A stretch of 64,000 nucleotides of DNA from the human T2T-CHM13v2.0 reference genome, Homo sapiens, in NCBI RefSeq assembly GCF_009914755.1, contig NC_060939.1. The stretch is one strand, 5' to 3'. Position 1 is the stretch's first letter. Every line of letters begins with the position of its first letter. Under the pieces are notes generated by a model, which was given only the letters and a program-made list of their open reading frames with translations, ran no database searches and was not told where the DNA came from. The translations under genes and the position numbers were made by a program. Shown here one piece after another: positions 43,343 through 56,047 of the stretch.

Positions 43343-45046
43343 TGTGTCCAGAATTGGTGGATTCTTGGTCTCATTGACTTCAAGAATGAAGCCGTGGACC
43401 CTCACAGTGAGAGTTAACAGTTCTTAGAGGTGATGTGTCCAGAGTTTGTTCCTTCTGATGTTCAGACATGTTTGGAGTTTTCTTCTTTCTGGTGGGTTCA
43501 TGATCTCGCTAGCTTCAGGCGTGAAGCTGCACACCTTCACAGTGTTATAGCTCTTAAGGCAACCTCTGTTCCTTCTGTCTGGAGTTGTTCATTCCTCCCT
43601 GTGGGTTCATGGTCTCACTAGGTTCAAAAGGGAAACTACAGACCTTCGTGGTGAGTGTTTCAGCTCATAAAGGCAGTACAGACCCAAAAACTGAGCAGCA
43701 CCAAATTTATTGCAAAAAGCAAAAGAACAAATCTTCCACAATGCGGAAGAGGACCCACGCAGGTTGCCACTGGTGGCTCAGGCAGCCTGCTTTTATTCCT
43801 TTATCTGGCCCCAGCCACATCCTGCTGATTGGTCCATTTTACAGAGAGCTGATTGGTCTGTTTTGCAGAGAGCTGATTGGTCCGTTTTGACAGGGTGCTG
43901 ATTGGTGTGTTTACAATCCCTGAGCTAGACACAAAAGTTCTCCAAGTCCCCACAGAGCACTGATTGGTGCATTTACAAACCTTGAGCTAGACACAGGGTG
44001 CTGATTGGTATGTTTACAAACCTTGAGCTACACACAGAGTGCTGATTGGTGTATTTACAATCCCCTAGCTAGACATAAAGATTCTCCAAGTCCCCACCAG
44101 ATTAGCTAGACACAGGTTGCTGATTGGTACATTTACAAACCTTGAGCTAGACACAGGGTGCTGATTGGTGTATTTACAAACCTTGAGCTAGACACAGAGT
44201 GCTGATTGGTGTATTTACAATCCCCTAGCTAGACATAAATATTCTCCAAGTCCCGACCAGATTAGCCAGATACAGAGTGCTGATTGGTGCATTCACAAAC
44301 TGTGAGCTAGACATAGAGTGCTGATTGGTGCATATACAAACCTTGAGCTAGACACAGAGTGCTGATTGGTGTATCTACAATCCCTTAGCTAGACATAAAG
44401 GTTCTCCAAGTCCCAGCTAGACTCATGAGCCCAGCTGGCTTCACCTAGTGGATCCCACAGCCAGGCCGCAGGCGGTCCCGCACTGTGTGCTGGCACTCCT
44501 CAGCCCTTGGGCGTTTTATGGTACCGGCTGCTGCAGAGCAGGGGGCGGCGCTTGTCGGGGAGGCTTGGCTGCGCAGCAGCCCACTGTGGAGGGGAGGCTC
44601 GGGCATGGCGGGCTGCAGGTCCCGAGCCCTGCCCTGTGGGGAGGCAGCTGAGGCCAGGCAAGAATTCCAGCGCAGTGCCGCCAGGCCAGCACTGCTGGGG
44701 GACCCGGCGCACCCTCTGCAGCTGCTGGCCCGGGTGCTAAGCCCCTCACTGCCCGGGGCCGGCGGTGCCAGCTGTCTGCTCTGAGTGCAGGGTCCACCGA
44801 GCCCACGCCCACCCGGAACTCGTGTTGGCCTGTCAGTGCCTTGCACGGCCCCGGTTCCCACCCGCGCCTCTCCCTCCACACCTCCCTGCAAGCAGAGGAA
44901 GCCAGCTCCGACCTCGGCCAGCCCAGAGCGGGGTTCCCATAGTGCAGCGGCAGGCTGAAGGGCTCCTCAAGCGCGGCCAGAGTGGGCACTGAGGCCAAGG
45001 AGGCAACGAGAGCAAGCGAGGGCTGCCAGCATGCGGTCACCTCTCA
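43343..45046 (-). mobile_element. LTR12 (ERV9) solo LTR
   Basis: Termini tgtgtcc... and ...cacctctca, 4-bp TSD 'caag', a ~41-bp tandem array with CTGATTGG, and a GC/CpG-rich 5' U3. Confidence 0.96.
43791..44410 (-). promoter_or_regulatory. LTR12 enhancer/promoter: about 13 CCAAT (NF-Y) boxes and AATAAAA TATA-like box
   Basis: Repeated 'ctgattgg' and 'ttttatt' at 43791-43797; matches established ERV9 LTR architecture. Confidence 0.75.
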
Positions 45047-46019
45047 CAAGGATTGTTCCTTCTTTGCTTCTGGCCCGTGGGGAGGCCACTGGTGCCTCGT
45101 TTAGCCCATCAGTGTCTTCATCTTACAAAACACTTGTCCTGGGCAAATTGGGATTTGTCAGTCTTTAGTTCACACAGGCTCGTCTTTTTCAGTTTTAGGA
45201 AGCACAGCCCCTGCTCAAAGTAAGGTCTGGATCCAAGCCTGCACCCGAGATGGCTGAGAGCATTTGGTGATTCACATGTTCGCAGGCACATGGTGGATTT
45301 CGTGTAAGGACTTTTCTGTGAATCAGTAATCTGAGCACACGATGAATCACATCACAAGGGGTTTCCATCGCTGCACTGAAAGCCTGGAGGGAGGGATTTC
45401 TTTTTCTTTCTCATTTGCTTTTTTTTAGATATAAAAAGACCCTGAAGGCTGTTTTCATTAATCGCTCCAACATTTATGCTTGCTAGCTTCCGGTATATCA
45501 GCCTGTTCCTAAATGGCCCTTAAACATGTGCTTATAAGTAAGGCTTGTTGCTGTCTACCAGATGAAACCAATATTCTTTGCTTCGTGGAATTCTGAAAAT
45601 CTTGTTTACTGAAATAAAAATGTTACTCTAAGCTCCATAAGGATGAAGAAAAGAGAAGAAATAATTTCAGAATTTGACTTATGTCTGTTTTCCAAAAGCA
45701 AAATATGTAACATTGATTCTGTTCTAGTAACAAGTTGGTAACTGATGTATGTAACGAGGAAGGAGCTTTCTTTTTTTGATGGAAATTTTCAAACGTGTAA
45801 AAGCAGAAAACAAAGAACAACGACCAGCACCTGGGAACACAGCCCGTGGCTCCCACAGCCACTTCTACTCTGCATTTCTTCTATCACCGAATTTATTGAG
45901 TTTTGCCATTTTCTCCGTTTCCCACCACTTTTTCTGTGCAAAAGACTGGTGTCTTTTACAGCAAACTCCGTTTTACTTCACCTGCAAATATTTGAGTAGG
46001 TATCTCTATAGGATAATGA

Positions 46020-48380
46020 ATTTTTTGTTTATATAACATAAGCACAACACCATTATTGACAAAAGTAACAATAATTCCTTATCATCGTTGTCTAATATCC
46101 AGACAGTGCACAGACTTTCCTGATTGTTTCCAGGAAAGGCCTTTTGACAATTGGTTTGTTTGAACCAGGATGCACACAGGGTCCGTTGCATGTGTGGTTG
46201 ATTGAGAGGTCTCCTGGGTCTCTTTCCTTCCAGACATTTCCCACTCCCTTTCTCTGCCATGTTATTTGTTGAAGAAATTGTATCAGTGGTCCTGAGACGA
46301 TTACATTTTTTATTTAACTCTCTGCTTTTTCCTTGTTTTGTTATATATGCTCCCCTGCACTCTGCATGTTCCGAAACTGATGGGCAGATATTGAGGCTTA
46401 ACTAGATGACAGTTCAGCTTTGGGGTAAGCATACTTGATAAGGGATGTGGGTGCTTCCTGTTGCCACCCAGCAGAATAGAAGCACGTGTCCCAGGTCGTC
46501 CCAGGTTACTAAAACTAAGATGAAGCACAAGGGTCGAGGGCTGGCTTCTCCCTTTGTAGAGCTCTGCTCAGTCTTCCCCCAGTGGTTTTTCCCATGCATG
46601 CTGCTCCATTTCATTATTCTACTAGAGGTGGGAAGATGTCATTTGAAAAATAGGTATAGATCTTTCCTCCTACTTTTATCAGCTGTCTTTTTTAGTTTTT
46701 TTGAGACAGAATCTCTCTGTCGCCCAGGCTGGAGTGCAGTGGTGAGATCTTGGCTCACTGCAACCTCTGCCTACTGGATTCAAGCAATTCTCCTGCCTCA
46801 GACACCTGGGTAGCTGGGATTGCAGGTGCGCTCCACCAAGCCAGACTAATTTTTGTATTTTTACTGGAGATGTATTTTACTAGAGACAGGGTTTCACCAT
46901 GTTGGCTACGCTGGTATCAAACTCCTGACCTCAAGTGATCCACCCACCTAGGCCTCCAAAAGTTCTGGGATTACAGGTGTGAGCCATCACATCCCACCAG
47001 CTGTCATTCTTTTATAAAGAATAATTTTCTCTCACCAAATATAGTTTATTTGGGAAAGCCTTTCTTTTCTCTTACAATTTATAAATTTTCAGAAATATGA
47101 GTTCATGCCCTAGTAACCTCAGTGGTGACCAAAGAATTTAAAAGTACCATTATTAACTCATGGGTTTTAATGTATTTTATATAATTTGATTAATTAGTCA
47201 CTTATCTTTGTATTATTTGTGGGGGATTTCTTTATTTTGATTTGCTGTATTTAAAAAAATTATGAAAAATTCCAAACATAAAGTGGAGGGAAAGTTATAA
47301 AGAACCCATATACTTATCATCCCACTCTGCCAGTTGTCAACTCATGGGCAATTTTTATTTCGTCTGTGCTCTTCCCACCCCCCACTTCAAATTATTTTGA
47401 TGCAAGTCACAAGATCACAAAATTGTACCTGTAAATATTCATGCCTAAAAATAATGAATAATAACTCCTTATTATCTTCAAATATCCAATAAGTATTCAA
47501 ACATCCCTATTTGGCATCTGATTTTTCTTATACTTCGTTTCAATATAGATTGAAATAGGGCGTATATCTAGTCACTGTTTGATGTGTCTTTTGATCAATG
47601 AGATTCTCTTCCTCTGTTTCTCTTTGCCATTTATTCATTGCAGAAACAACTCATCTGCCTCGTAGAATTTCCTATAGTCTAGATTTTGCTGATTTGAGCC
47701 ATTTAATGTGTTTTTCTGTTCCCTGTGTTTTATGTAAATAGGTAGTTATATCTGGAGGGTTGGTCAAATCACATTTCATTTTATTTTCTTTTTTGTCAAG
47801 ACTACTTCATGAGGGGTGGTCAGGCTTCTAGGTGGAGGTGCTTATTGCCTGGTCGACTTTTTTTGTGATGTCGGCAACCACTGGCATCCAGTAAATGGGC
47901 CCATCAATTCATGAAGGGCTGCAGAATTGTGATATTCTCATTCTCCATCCCTTCTTTATTTATTGACAGGAATACTTCTGTTATATGAGACTTCTCCCCT
48001 GATTAACTATTTGGTTTCTTGAGATACAGTTTGTATAGGAAAAGCAGGATAGGTGATTCATTTTCCCCTTTTACTCACCAGCTTTAAACATAGTGAGCTG
48101 ATCCCATAGCATCCTCATGATTGACTGCTTAGCTATTGTTGTTGTGTTGGCATTGTTGTTTAATATCATTATTTATTTCACTTTGCCTGCAGTTCATAGG
48201 CAATGTTTTTTAAATTTAATTTTGATTTATGTTTATGCAAAATATGTATACTCTTGCCGTGTATCTTTGGGACAGATTCCCAGAGCTGGGAATGCTAAGC
48301 TAGGAGTAGGAGTGAATGTGCATGCGGTTCTTCTGAATATTGGGAAAAATCTACTCCAGAAGGGTAGTACAAATTTGCGT
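46020..48380 (-). mobile_element. Old L1ME/L1MC 3' UTR fragments
   Basis: 'tgaaccaggatgcacac...', 'tctagattttgctgatt' and 'ataggaaaagcaggata' motifs. Confidence 0.55.
46688..46998 (-). mobile_element. AluS with short internal duplication
   Basis: TSD 'agctgtc'; the segment 'tgtattttt actggaga / tgtatttt actagaga' is duplicated. Confidence 0.92.
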
Positions 48381-49633
48381 TTATAAGAGAACATAGATAA
48401 ACGTTCCCTTTGTGCTCAATTTGGCCCATCTCTGACTGCCATTGGCCCTGTTTCTCTATCACAGAGGTCTGTTGTTGTATATATGTGCGGGGCTTATCTC
48501 TCTGTCTGAATGTCCTATGCATACCCTAACAATTGATACCATCTAGTAACATTTATTACATTACTCTGGAGAGAATAACTTTGTCCTGATGACACTAAGG
48601 GGTATCAAAAAAACAGAGTATCAAAGAAATTAGGGGGAGGCAAGGGACGTGTCTATCTAAGAAAGATCTAGCATCAAAGTATCTTCTTTATTGGTCATTT
48701 TTCATGATCCTCTCAAACTGTACCAGCTGGCCCCCAAATGGAAGTCAAGTCAATAAGAAAAAAAAAAAAACATTTTTTTAATCTGGTAGTCAATGTAAAA
48801 CTTACCTAGGTTGGTATTTTACGAATTTGAAACTGGCTTCTGAAGCCAAAGTCTTCCTAAAATCTCCAATGTAGACATTTTAATGTCTACATCAGAATAT
48901 ACATCAGTGTCATTCTGTTTTGTTTTGATTTTTGATACTTTGTTTTTCTGCTTCAGCCTTCTTACATGATCGTGTCTATTTTAGCAAAAAGACCACTTGA
49001 ACTGTTTCACCTCTGTCATATGGAGAATAATCCATGAGTTGTTCATTAGGTTCTAATTAACTCACCCTGTAGGAATGGAAATGCTCACAGATGTCAGGAT
49101 TCTGGAAAGTTCTACATTTATTTAATATGTCATGTAGAGGAAACTCCCTCAGTATTCAACAGAGTGTCAGGCAAGGTTTGTGGGTGAACAGAGAGATCAT
49201 AGAGGCCCTCTCTTCATGTGGGTCATGTCTCTAGTCTCATTGTTCTTCAGGAACAGTGTCACCGTTGGGGTCATTGGAAGCCCATGCAGTGGCTGTCATC
49301 ATCATGTGCCCTGTGCTGTCCATGCTCAGCCCCTAGACATCAGCTGGCCTATGCAGTGGCACTGTGGGGCGAGTCTTGTCCTGTGTCTGGAGCCGGCCAT
49401 GTTTGAGACATCATGGGTCCTTTTTAAATGACTTGTTTGGAGGAGGGATTAGTCAGATTTCTCCCAGGTTTGGTGTTTTTAAGGGTGCTCCTCTTCCATC
49501 ATTTTCAGAATTAGTGTGTTTAGACAGAATGCTGGCTGCCCAGCTGCATACCTGAGCAGGACCTTTTTTTTTTTTTTTTTTTTTTAAACAATGCCCAGCT
49601 CTTTAAGACAAAATTATTTTCAGGAATAATTAT

Positions 49634-49995
49634 TGTCTTAGACTGTTAGTGCTGCTATAACAGAAATACCATAGACTTGGGGGCTTATAAGTAACAGAAA
49701 TTTCCTTCTCACAGTTCTGGAGGATGGAAGTCCAATATCAAGTCACCGGCAGATTCAGTGTCTAGTGAGGGCCTCCTGGTTCATAGATGGTGCCTTCTGG
49801 CTGTGTCCTCACATGGTGGGAGGGGTGAGGCCACTCTCTGGGGTCTCTTTTACAAGAGTACTAATCCCACTAATGAAGGCTCAACCCTTGGGACCACAGC
49901 AACTCCCAAAGGTCCAACTTCCTAATACCATCACCTTTGGGATTAGAATTTCAACATATGAATTTGGGGGAAACACAAATATTTAGTCTATTGCA
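49634..49995 (-). mobile_element. MLT1A/MSTD-type solo LTR
   Basis: 'tgtcttag...ctcacagttctggagg...atttcaacatatgaatttgggggaaacaca'. Confidence 0.88.
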
Positions 49996-50727
49996 ATCAT
50001 GAAATGAAATACCTAATAACAATGGCCAGAAAGGAAATGCTGACAGTGAAAATGTCCTATTACTGAACTGTGTATATATAATCATGTCAAATAAGCAAAT
50101 AAGTTTTAAATGCATCTTAATTACACTAGTGTATTTTTTGAACTTAAGAAAAAGATCTTATTCAGTGTATGACAGTAATAAATAATATTAGAGTTTAATA
50201 ATAAACAACAATTACAAAGAATACATTTCTGTTTTACATGTATTATTCAAAGTCTATAAAATATTTCACACATGATCTAAAATTTGCACTTCAGTTAAAT
50301 TTGTTAATTTCAGACACACAAACTTGGAGTGGTCAAGGAGAATGATAGAATTGAAGTAACTCAAATACTGTTTTTTCATCTTCTATTTATTCACTGTGTT
50401 CTTATTGTTTATTTTAAATCTGCTTTTTCAGAACAGGAATGTATAGTACACAGTAGCTGAAGACAAAGCAAACTCAAATGATTCTGAGCCATTCAAACTT
50501 ATTTTAAAAAGGAAGGTGTGTAGCTATGTCCATGTGTGTGGGCTGGTGGCATAGCTGAGTGTTCCCCAAATTTGCTTACACATAAAATACAATGCTTATT
50601 TAAGAATAAATTATTGAAACATACTAACTTGAAACATACACGCACATGCATATTCACATACACACACACATATATGTTGGCCACTCAGCAGTACCTGCAG
50701 AAAATGCTTATACCAATGGTTCTCAGT

Positions 50728-51060
50728 GAGGGTGGGGGAAATGAGGAGATGTTGATCAAAGGGTACCATTTTTTATTTATAAGATGAATAAATTCTGGAG
50801 ATTTAATGTATGGCATGGTGACTATACTCAATAATAATAAAACAAGTATACTTGACATTTGCTAGGAGAGTAGATCTTAAATGTCCTTACTCAAGCCCCT
50901 CACACACACAGTAACTATGTGAGGTGATAGATGTGTTAATCAGTCTGATTGTGGTCATCATTTCACAAGGCATACATATATCAAAATATGTTGTATACCT
51001 TAATTATATATAATATTTATTTGTCAATCGTACCTCAATAAAGTTGAGAAAAACATAAAA
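50728..51060 (+). mobile_element. L1MA/MB 3' end
   Basis: 'gagatgttgatcaaagggtac...tatgtgaggtgatag...cctcaataaagttg'. Confidence 0.85.
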
Positions 51061-52028
51061 GACTTCACTATGCCACGACTTTTTGTAAAGATATTGGGAT
51101 ATGTGGGAACCACACCTCTCATGTACTTCCAGCTCACTAGGTGAACAGGAAGTGCATTGTTCAAGGTCCAAGTAGGACTTCTGGGCTCTTAGTTTACTTT
51201 TAAATATACATTACTTCCTTAATTTAATTTTCTTTGGAAAACAGCTTGACGATGTCTTAAAATATTAAATTTTAATTTTTAAATTTTTAAAAAATTTTTT
51301 ATGTTTTAAAATGTTAAATACCTACCATCTTTCTCAGACATTCCACTTCAGGTATGGAGAAATGGAAGAATATGGCTGTGCAAAAACTTAGACAAAACTA
51401 TTCACAGCAGCTTTGTTTTTAAGCCTCAAATTGAAAACAACCCAAATAACTAAGAACAGATGAAAGGATAAACAATATGGAATATATTCATACAATGGAC
51501 TATTACTCAGCAATGATAAAAAATGAACTCTTGGTATGTTACAACATGGATGACTCTTAGAATAGCTATTCTCGAAACTTGCCCAACAGTCCCATAGACA
51601 GTTGGTTTTGGATAAGCATAGAAATAGACTCTTCTGCTGTTAAAACCTGAAACATGTATTTGTTTTATCAGAGTTCTTTCCTCAGGAAAGGACCTTCAGG
51701 CCTCTCAAAGAACTGAAACTCATCAGATAACCACACCATATTCCTCCTTGTTCCTCCCTAGTTTATGTTTTCTTGTATATTGTTAACGTTTCTTCCCTGC
51801 TAAATAGACCCATACTTTTAGTCAGTTAGGGAGATGGATTTGAGACTGAGCTCCCATCTCCTCAGCTGCAGCACCTAATTAAAGGTCATCTCAGTGATTG
51901 GCTTTCTGTGTGGTGAGCAGCAGGACCTGGACCAAACCCCTGGTGTTTCGGTAACAATTTGGGTTCCCTGACTAGGAGTGCATTGCTCCTGGCTCAACTG
52001 CCATGGGCCAGGAGTCTCGGAAGCCCTC

Positions 52029-54298
52029 TGTATTAGTATGTTCTCACACTGCTATGAAGAAATACCTGAGACTGGGTAATTTATATAGGAAAGAGATTTA
52101 ATTGACTCACAGTTCACATGCCTGGGAGGCCTCAGGAAACTTTGAACTTGAGAGAGATGACTTAGGGTATCTGGCAGAAGAAATTTCTAAGCAGCAAGGG
52201 ATTCAAGAAGAAGCAGCACATAAAAGTTTGGAAAATTTGCATCCTGACAATGCAATAGAAAAGAAAAAACCCATCTTCTGGAGAGAAATTTAAGCCTGCT
52301 GTAGAAATTTGCATAAGTAACAAGGAACTGAATGTTAAACACCAGGACAATGGTGAAAATGTCTCTGGGGCATGTCAGAGACCTTTGTGGCAGCCCCTCT
52401 CCTCATAGGCCTGGAGGCACTGGAGGAAGAAATGGTTTCCTAGGCTGGGCCCAGGGCCCCCTGCTGTGTGCAGCCTAGGGACTTGGTGCCCTGCATTCTA
52501 GCCACTCTAGCCATCACTAAAAGGGGCCAAAGTGCAGCTTGGGCTGTGGTTTCAGAGGGTGCAAGCCCCAAGCCTTGGCAGCTTCCATGTAATGTTAATC
52601 CTGCAGGTGCATAGAAGTTAAGAATTGAGGTTGGGGAACCTCTGCCCATATGTCAGAGGATGTATGGAAATGCCTGGATGTTTAGGCAGAAGTTTGCTGC
52701 AGGGGTGGAGCCCTCATGAAGACCCTCTGCTAGGGCAAAGGAAAGGAAATGTGGAGTCGGAGCCCCCACACAGAGTCCCCAATGGGGCAATGCCTAGTAG
52801 AGCTGTGAGAAGAGGGCCATGGTCCTCCAGATCCCAGAATGGTAGATCCACTGACAGCTTGCCCCATGTGCCTGTAAAAGCCAAAGACACTCAATACCAG
52901 CTCATGAAAGCAGCTGGGAGGGAGGATATACCCTGCAAAGCCACAAGGGCGGAGCTGTCCAAGTTCATGGGAGCCTATCTCTTGCATCAGCGTGACTTGG
53001 ATCTGAGACATGGAGTCACAGGAAGTCATTTTGAACTTTAAGGTTTAATGGCTGCCCTATTGGATTTCAGACTTGCATGGGGCCTGTAGCCTCTTTGTTT
53101 TGGCCAATTTCTTCCATGTGCAATGGGATGTATTTACCCAATGCCTGTATCCCTGTTGTATCTAGGAAGTAACTAACTTGCTTTTGATTTTACAGGCTCA
53201 TAGGCAGAAGAGACTTGCCTTGTCTCAGTTAAGACTAAGGACTTGGACTTTGGAGTTAATACTGAAATGAGTTAAAACTTTGGGGAACTGTTAAGAAAGC
53301 ATAGTTGTGTTTTAGAATGTGAGAAAGATGAAATTTTGGAGGGGCCAGGGGTGTAATGATATGGTTTGACTCTGTGTTCCCACCCTACTCTCATCTTGAA
53401 TTGTAATCCAAATTGTAATCCCCATGTGTTGGGACCTCATGGGAAGTGATTAGATCATGGAGGCAGTTATCCCATGATGTTCTCATGATAGTGAGTGAAT
53501 TATCAGGAGATATGATGGTTTTATAAAGGGCTTTTCCCTCCTTCACTCTGCACTTCTCTCTCCTGCCACCATGTGAAGAAGAACATGCTGCCAATCTCTT
53601 TGCTAAAGCATAGCAAGAATCACCTTTATTCCATATCCCAACAAGTTCCTCTTCTCCACCAAGAGCACCTCAGCCTGGATATCACTATCAGCATTTTGGT
53701 CAAAGCCATTCAACAAGTCTCTAGGGAGTTCCAAACTCCCACATCTTCCTGTCCTCTGAGCCCTTCAAGTCTCGAGGGAGTTCCAAACTTTCCCACATTT
53801 TCTTATCTTTTTCTGAGCCCTCCAAACTGTTCCAACCTCTGCCTGTTACCCAGTTCCAAAGTCACTTCCGCATTTTCGGGTATCTTTACAGCAGCACCCT
53901 GCTCCCTGTGGTATCACTTTACTGTATTAGTCTCTTCTCATGCTGCTAATAAAGACATACCCTGGACTGGGTAATTTATAAAGGAAAGAGGTTTAATAAA
54001 CTCACAGTTCCACATGGGTGGGGAGGCCTCAGGAAACTTACAATCATGGTGGAAGGGGAAACAAACACGTCCTTCTTCACATGGTAGCAGGAGAGAGAAA
54101 TGTGGAGCAAAGGTGGGGAAACCCTTTATAAAACCATCAGATCTTGTGAGAACTCACTCATTATCATGAGAAAAGCATGGAGGAACCACCCCCATCTAAT
54201 TACCTTCCACGAGGTCCCTCCCTCAACAGGTGGGGATTACAATTTGGATTGTAATTTAAGATGAGGGTAGGGTGGGGACACAGAGCCAGACCATATCA
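52029..54298 (-). mobile_element. THE1D-like MaLR (LTR-int-LTR) with internal inversion at 52141-53587
   Basis: Minus-strand LTR ends at 52029 and 53923-54298, plus-strand int and LTR piece in the middle, TSD ccctc/ccttc. Confidence 0.88.
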
Positions 54299-55714
54299 CC
54301 TTCCTAAGCATCTGCCCACTCAATTTTGGCTGGAGGTGAATTTCATTTTCTCTCTGATCCCACTGCAGCCAGCCCCAACTTCATTCCTGATTGCCTAGGA
54401 AAAACTGCCTTTGAAATTTGACATCTGCAGCCAGATAGGGGAATGCCCCTTCTGGGCCCAGACAGCAGGGTCTGCTTCTCTCAATTTGGGAAAATTTTAA
54501 GGGAATTTCCATTTGCAGGTTGAATAAGCTCAACTGATTGAGAGAGGAAAGCATCCTGACTATTTTAGAATGGACACTCTTGAACGCTTGTTTGTAGTTG
54601 TGTTTGTGTGTTGTGTCCAGGCAAGTGAGTGTATTTTGTGGGTACCAGAGAGTGGGTTCAGCTCCTCTCAATTTGGGAAATTCCAAAAGAATTTTCGTTT
54701 GCAGGTAGATCAAGACCAACTGAGAGAGGAAGCACCCCGACTGTTTAAGCTGGACACTCTTGGGTTTTGTTTGCTGCTGCAGCAGTTAGATTGTGTTCTG
54801 GTGATTGTGTGTGTTTGATATAGTCACAGGAAATTAGAATTCGGTAAGCTGTTATTCTTTTGCAATACTGCTTGTCCCCAGTATTGTTTGGAATCTGGAG
54901 TTTGCTGTTGAATGGGGAAGTGGGATGGAGTTGCATGTATCCAGGTTTTTGTGCTACTGTTCTAAGCAGGGTCTGGCCTGGTTAGTATATGATGCTCTCC
55001 TTTAGTGCTGTTTAGCCCCAGTGCTCTTTGGAATCTGGGGAAGTTTGCCCTGTAAAAATCAAACAGCCATGGAAACTGCTTTACCCAAAACTTTGGTTCA
55101 CAGCCTTCATTGGATTACCTATGGGGGCAAACAAAGTATAACAATGTAAAACTGATGAGCTTGTATTGCTATTTCATGGCTAGAGTTCCAAGTTAAAAGC
55201 TATTGGATCTTTGTGTGTGTGTATACATGTCTAGAGGAGTTTATTTGTATATACACTTATTGTTACATTGTGTCTACCAAATTGGCTTATAAGTAAAAGG
55301 GCGCTTATAAATTAAATAAGTCTAAGTAATTTTCAAGTTTATATGACTCAAGTAAATCTTTACTAACCAAGCTGGCTTTAAAATTATTTGAATTTAAAGT
55401 AGAAATGCCTTCAGAATTGTCAGCATACATTTTTTTATCTGGATTTTATATTTGTCTTTGCTAGATATTTTGAGGTGTTTGCTAGATATATTTTCAGTGT
55501 TTGGCATAGAAGGTATAAAGTTATAAACCCAGCCCAAGCAAAATGATCTTGGTTTGTGTGCCTTCTTTAACAAATGAGACGAATTTAATGTCATTAGCTG
55601 AATCTTCTGAGATATCAGCAAAATTACCTACATATTTAACATTGAAGCTCTTATTTAGGTGAGCACCTGATGTTCACTGGCTATTCAAAAATGATTAACA
55701 AGGAAGTAACTTAG

Positions 55715-56047
<333 letters not shown>

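Noticed and set aside
43880-44410. ~41-bp repeat array resembling a CRISPR array or novel minisatellite
   Set aside because: It is the standard LTR12 U3 tandem repeat, with no unique spacers, in a eukaryotic context.
44445-45040. Overlapping long ORFs and CpG-island-like sequence
   Set aside because: GC-rich LTR12 sequence is naturally poor in stop codons.
52625-53041. ORFs in the THE1 internal region
   Set aside because: Degenerate MaLR internal sequence with stops and frameshifts.
53715-53830. Direct duplication 'gtctc...gggagttccaaact...ctgagccc'
   Set aside because: As I recall it is a feature of THE1C/D-int consensus rather than locus-specific.
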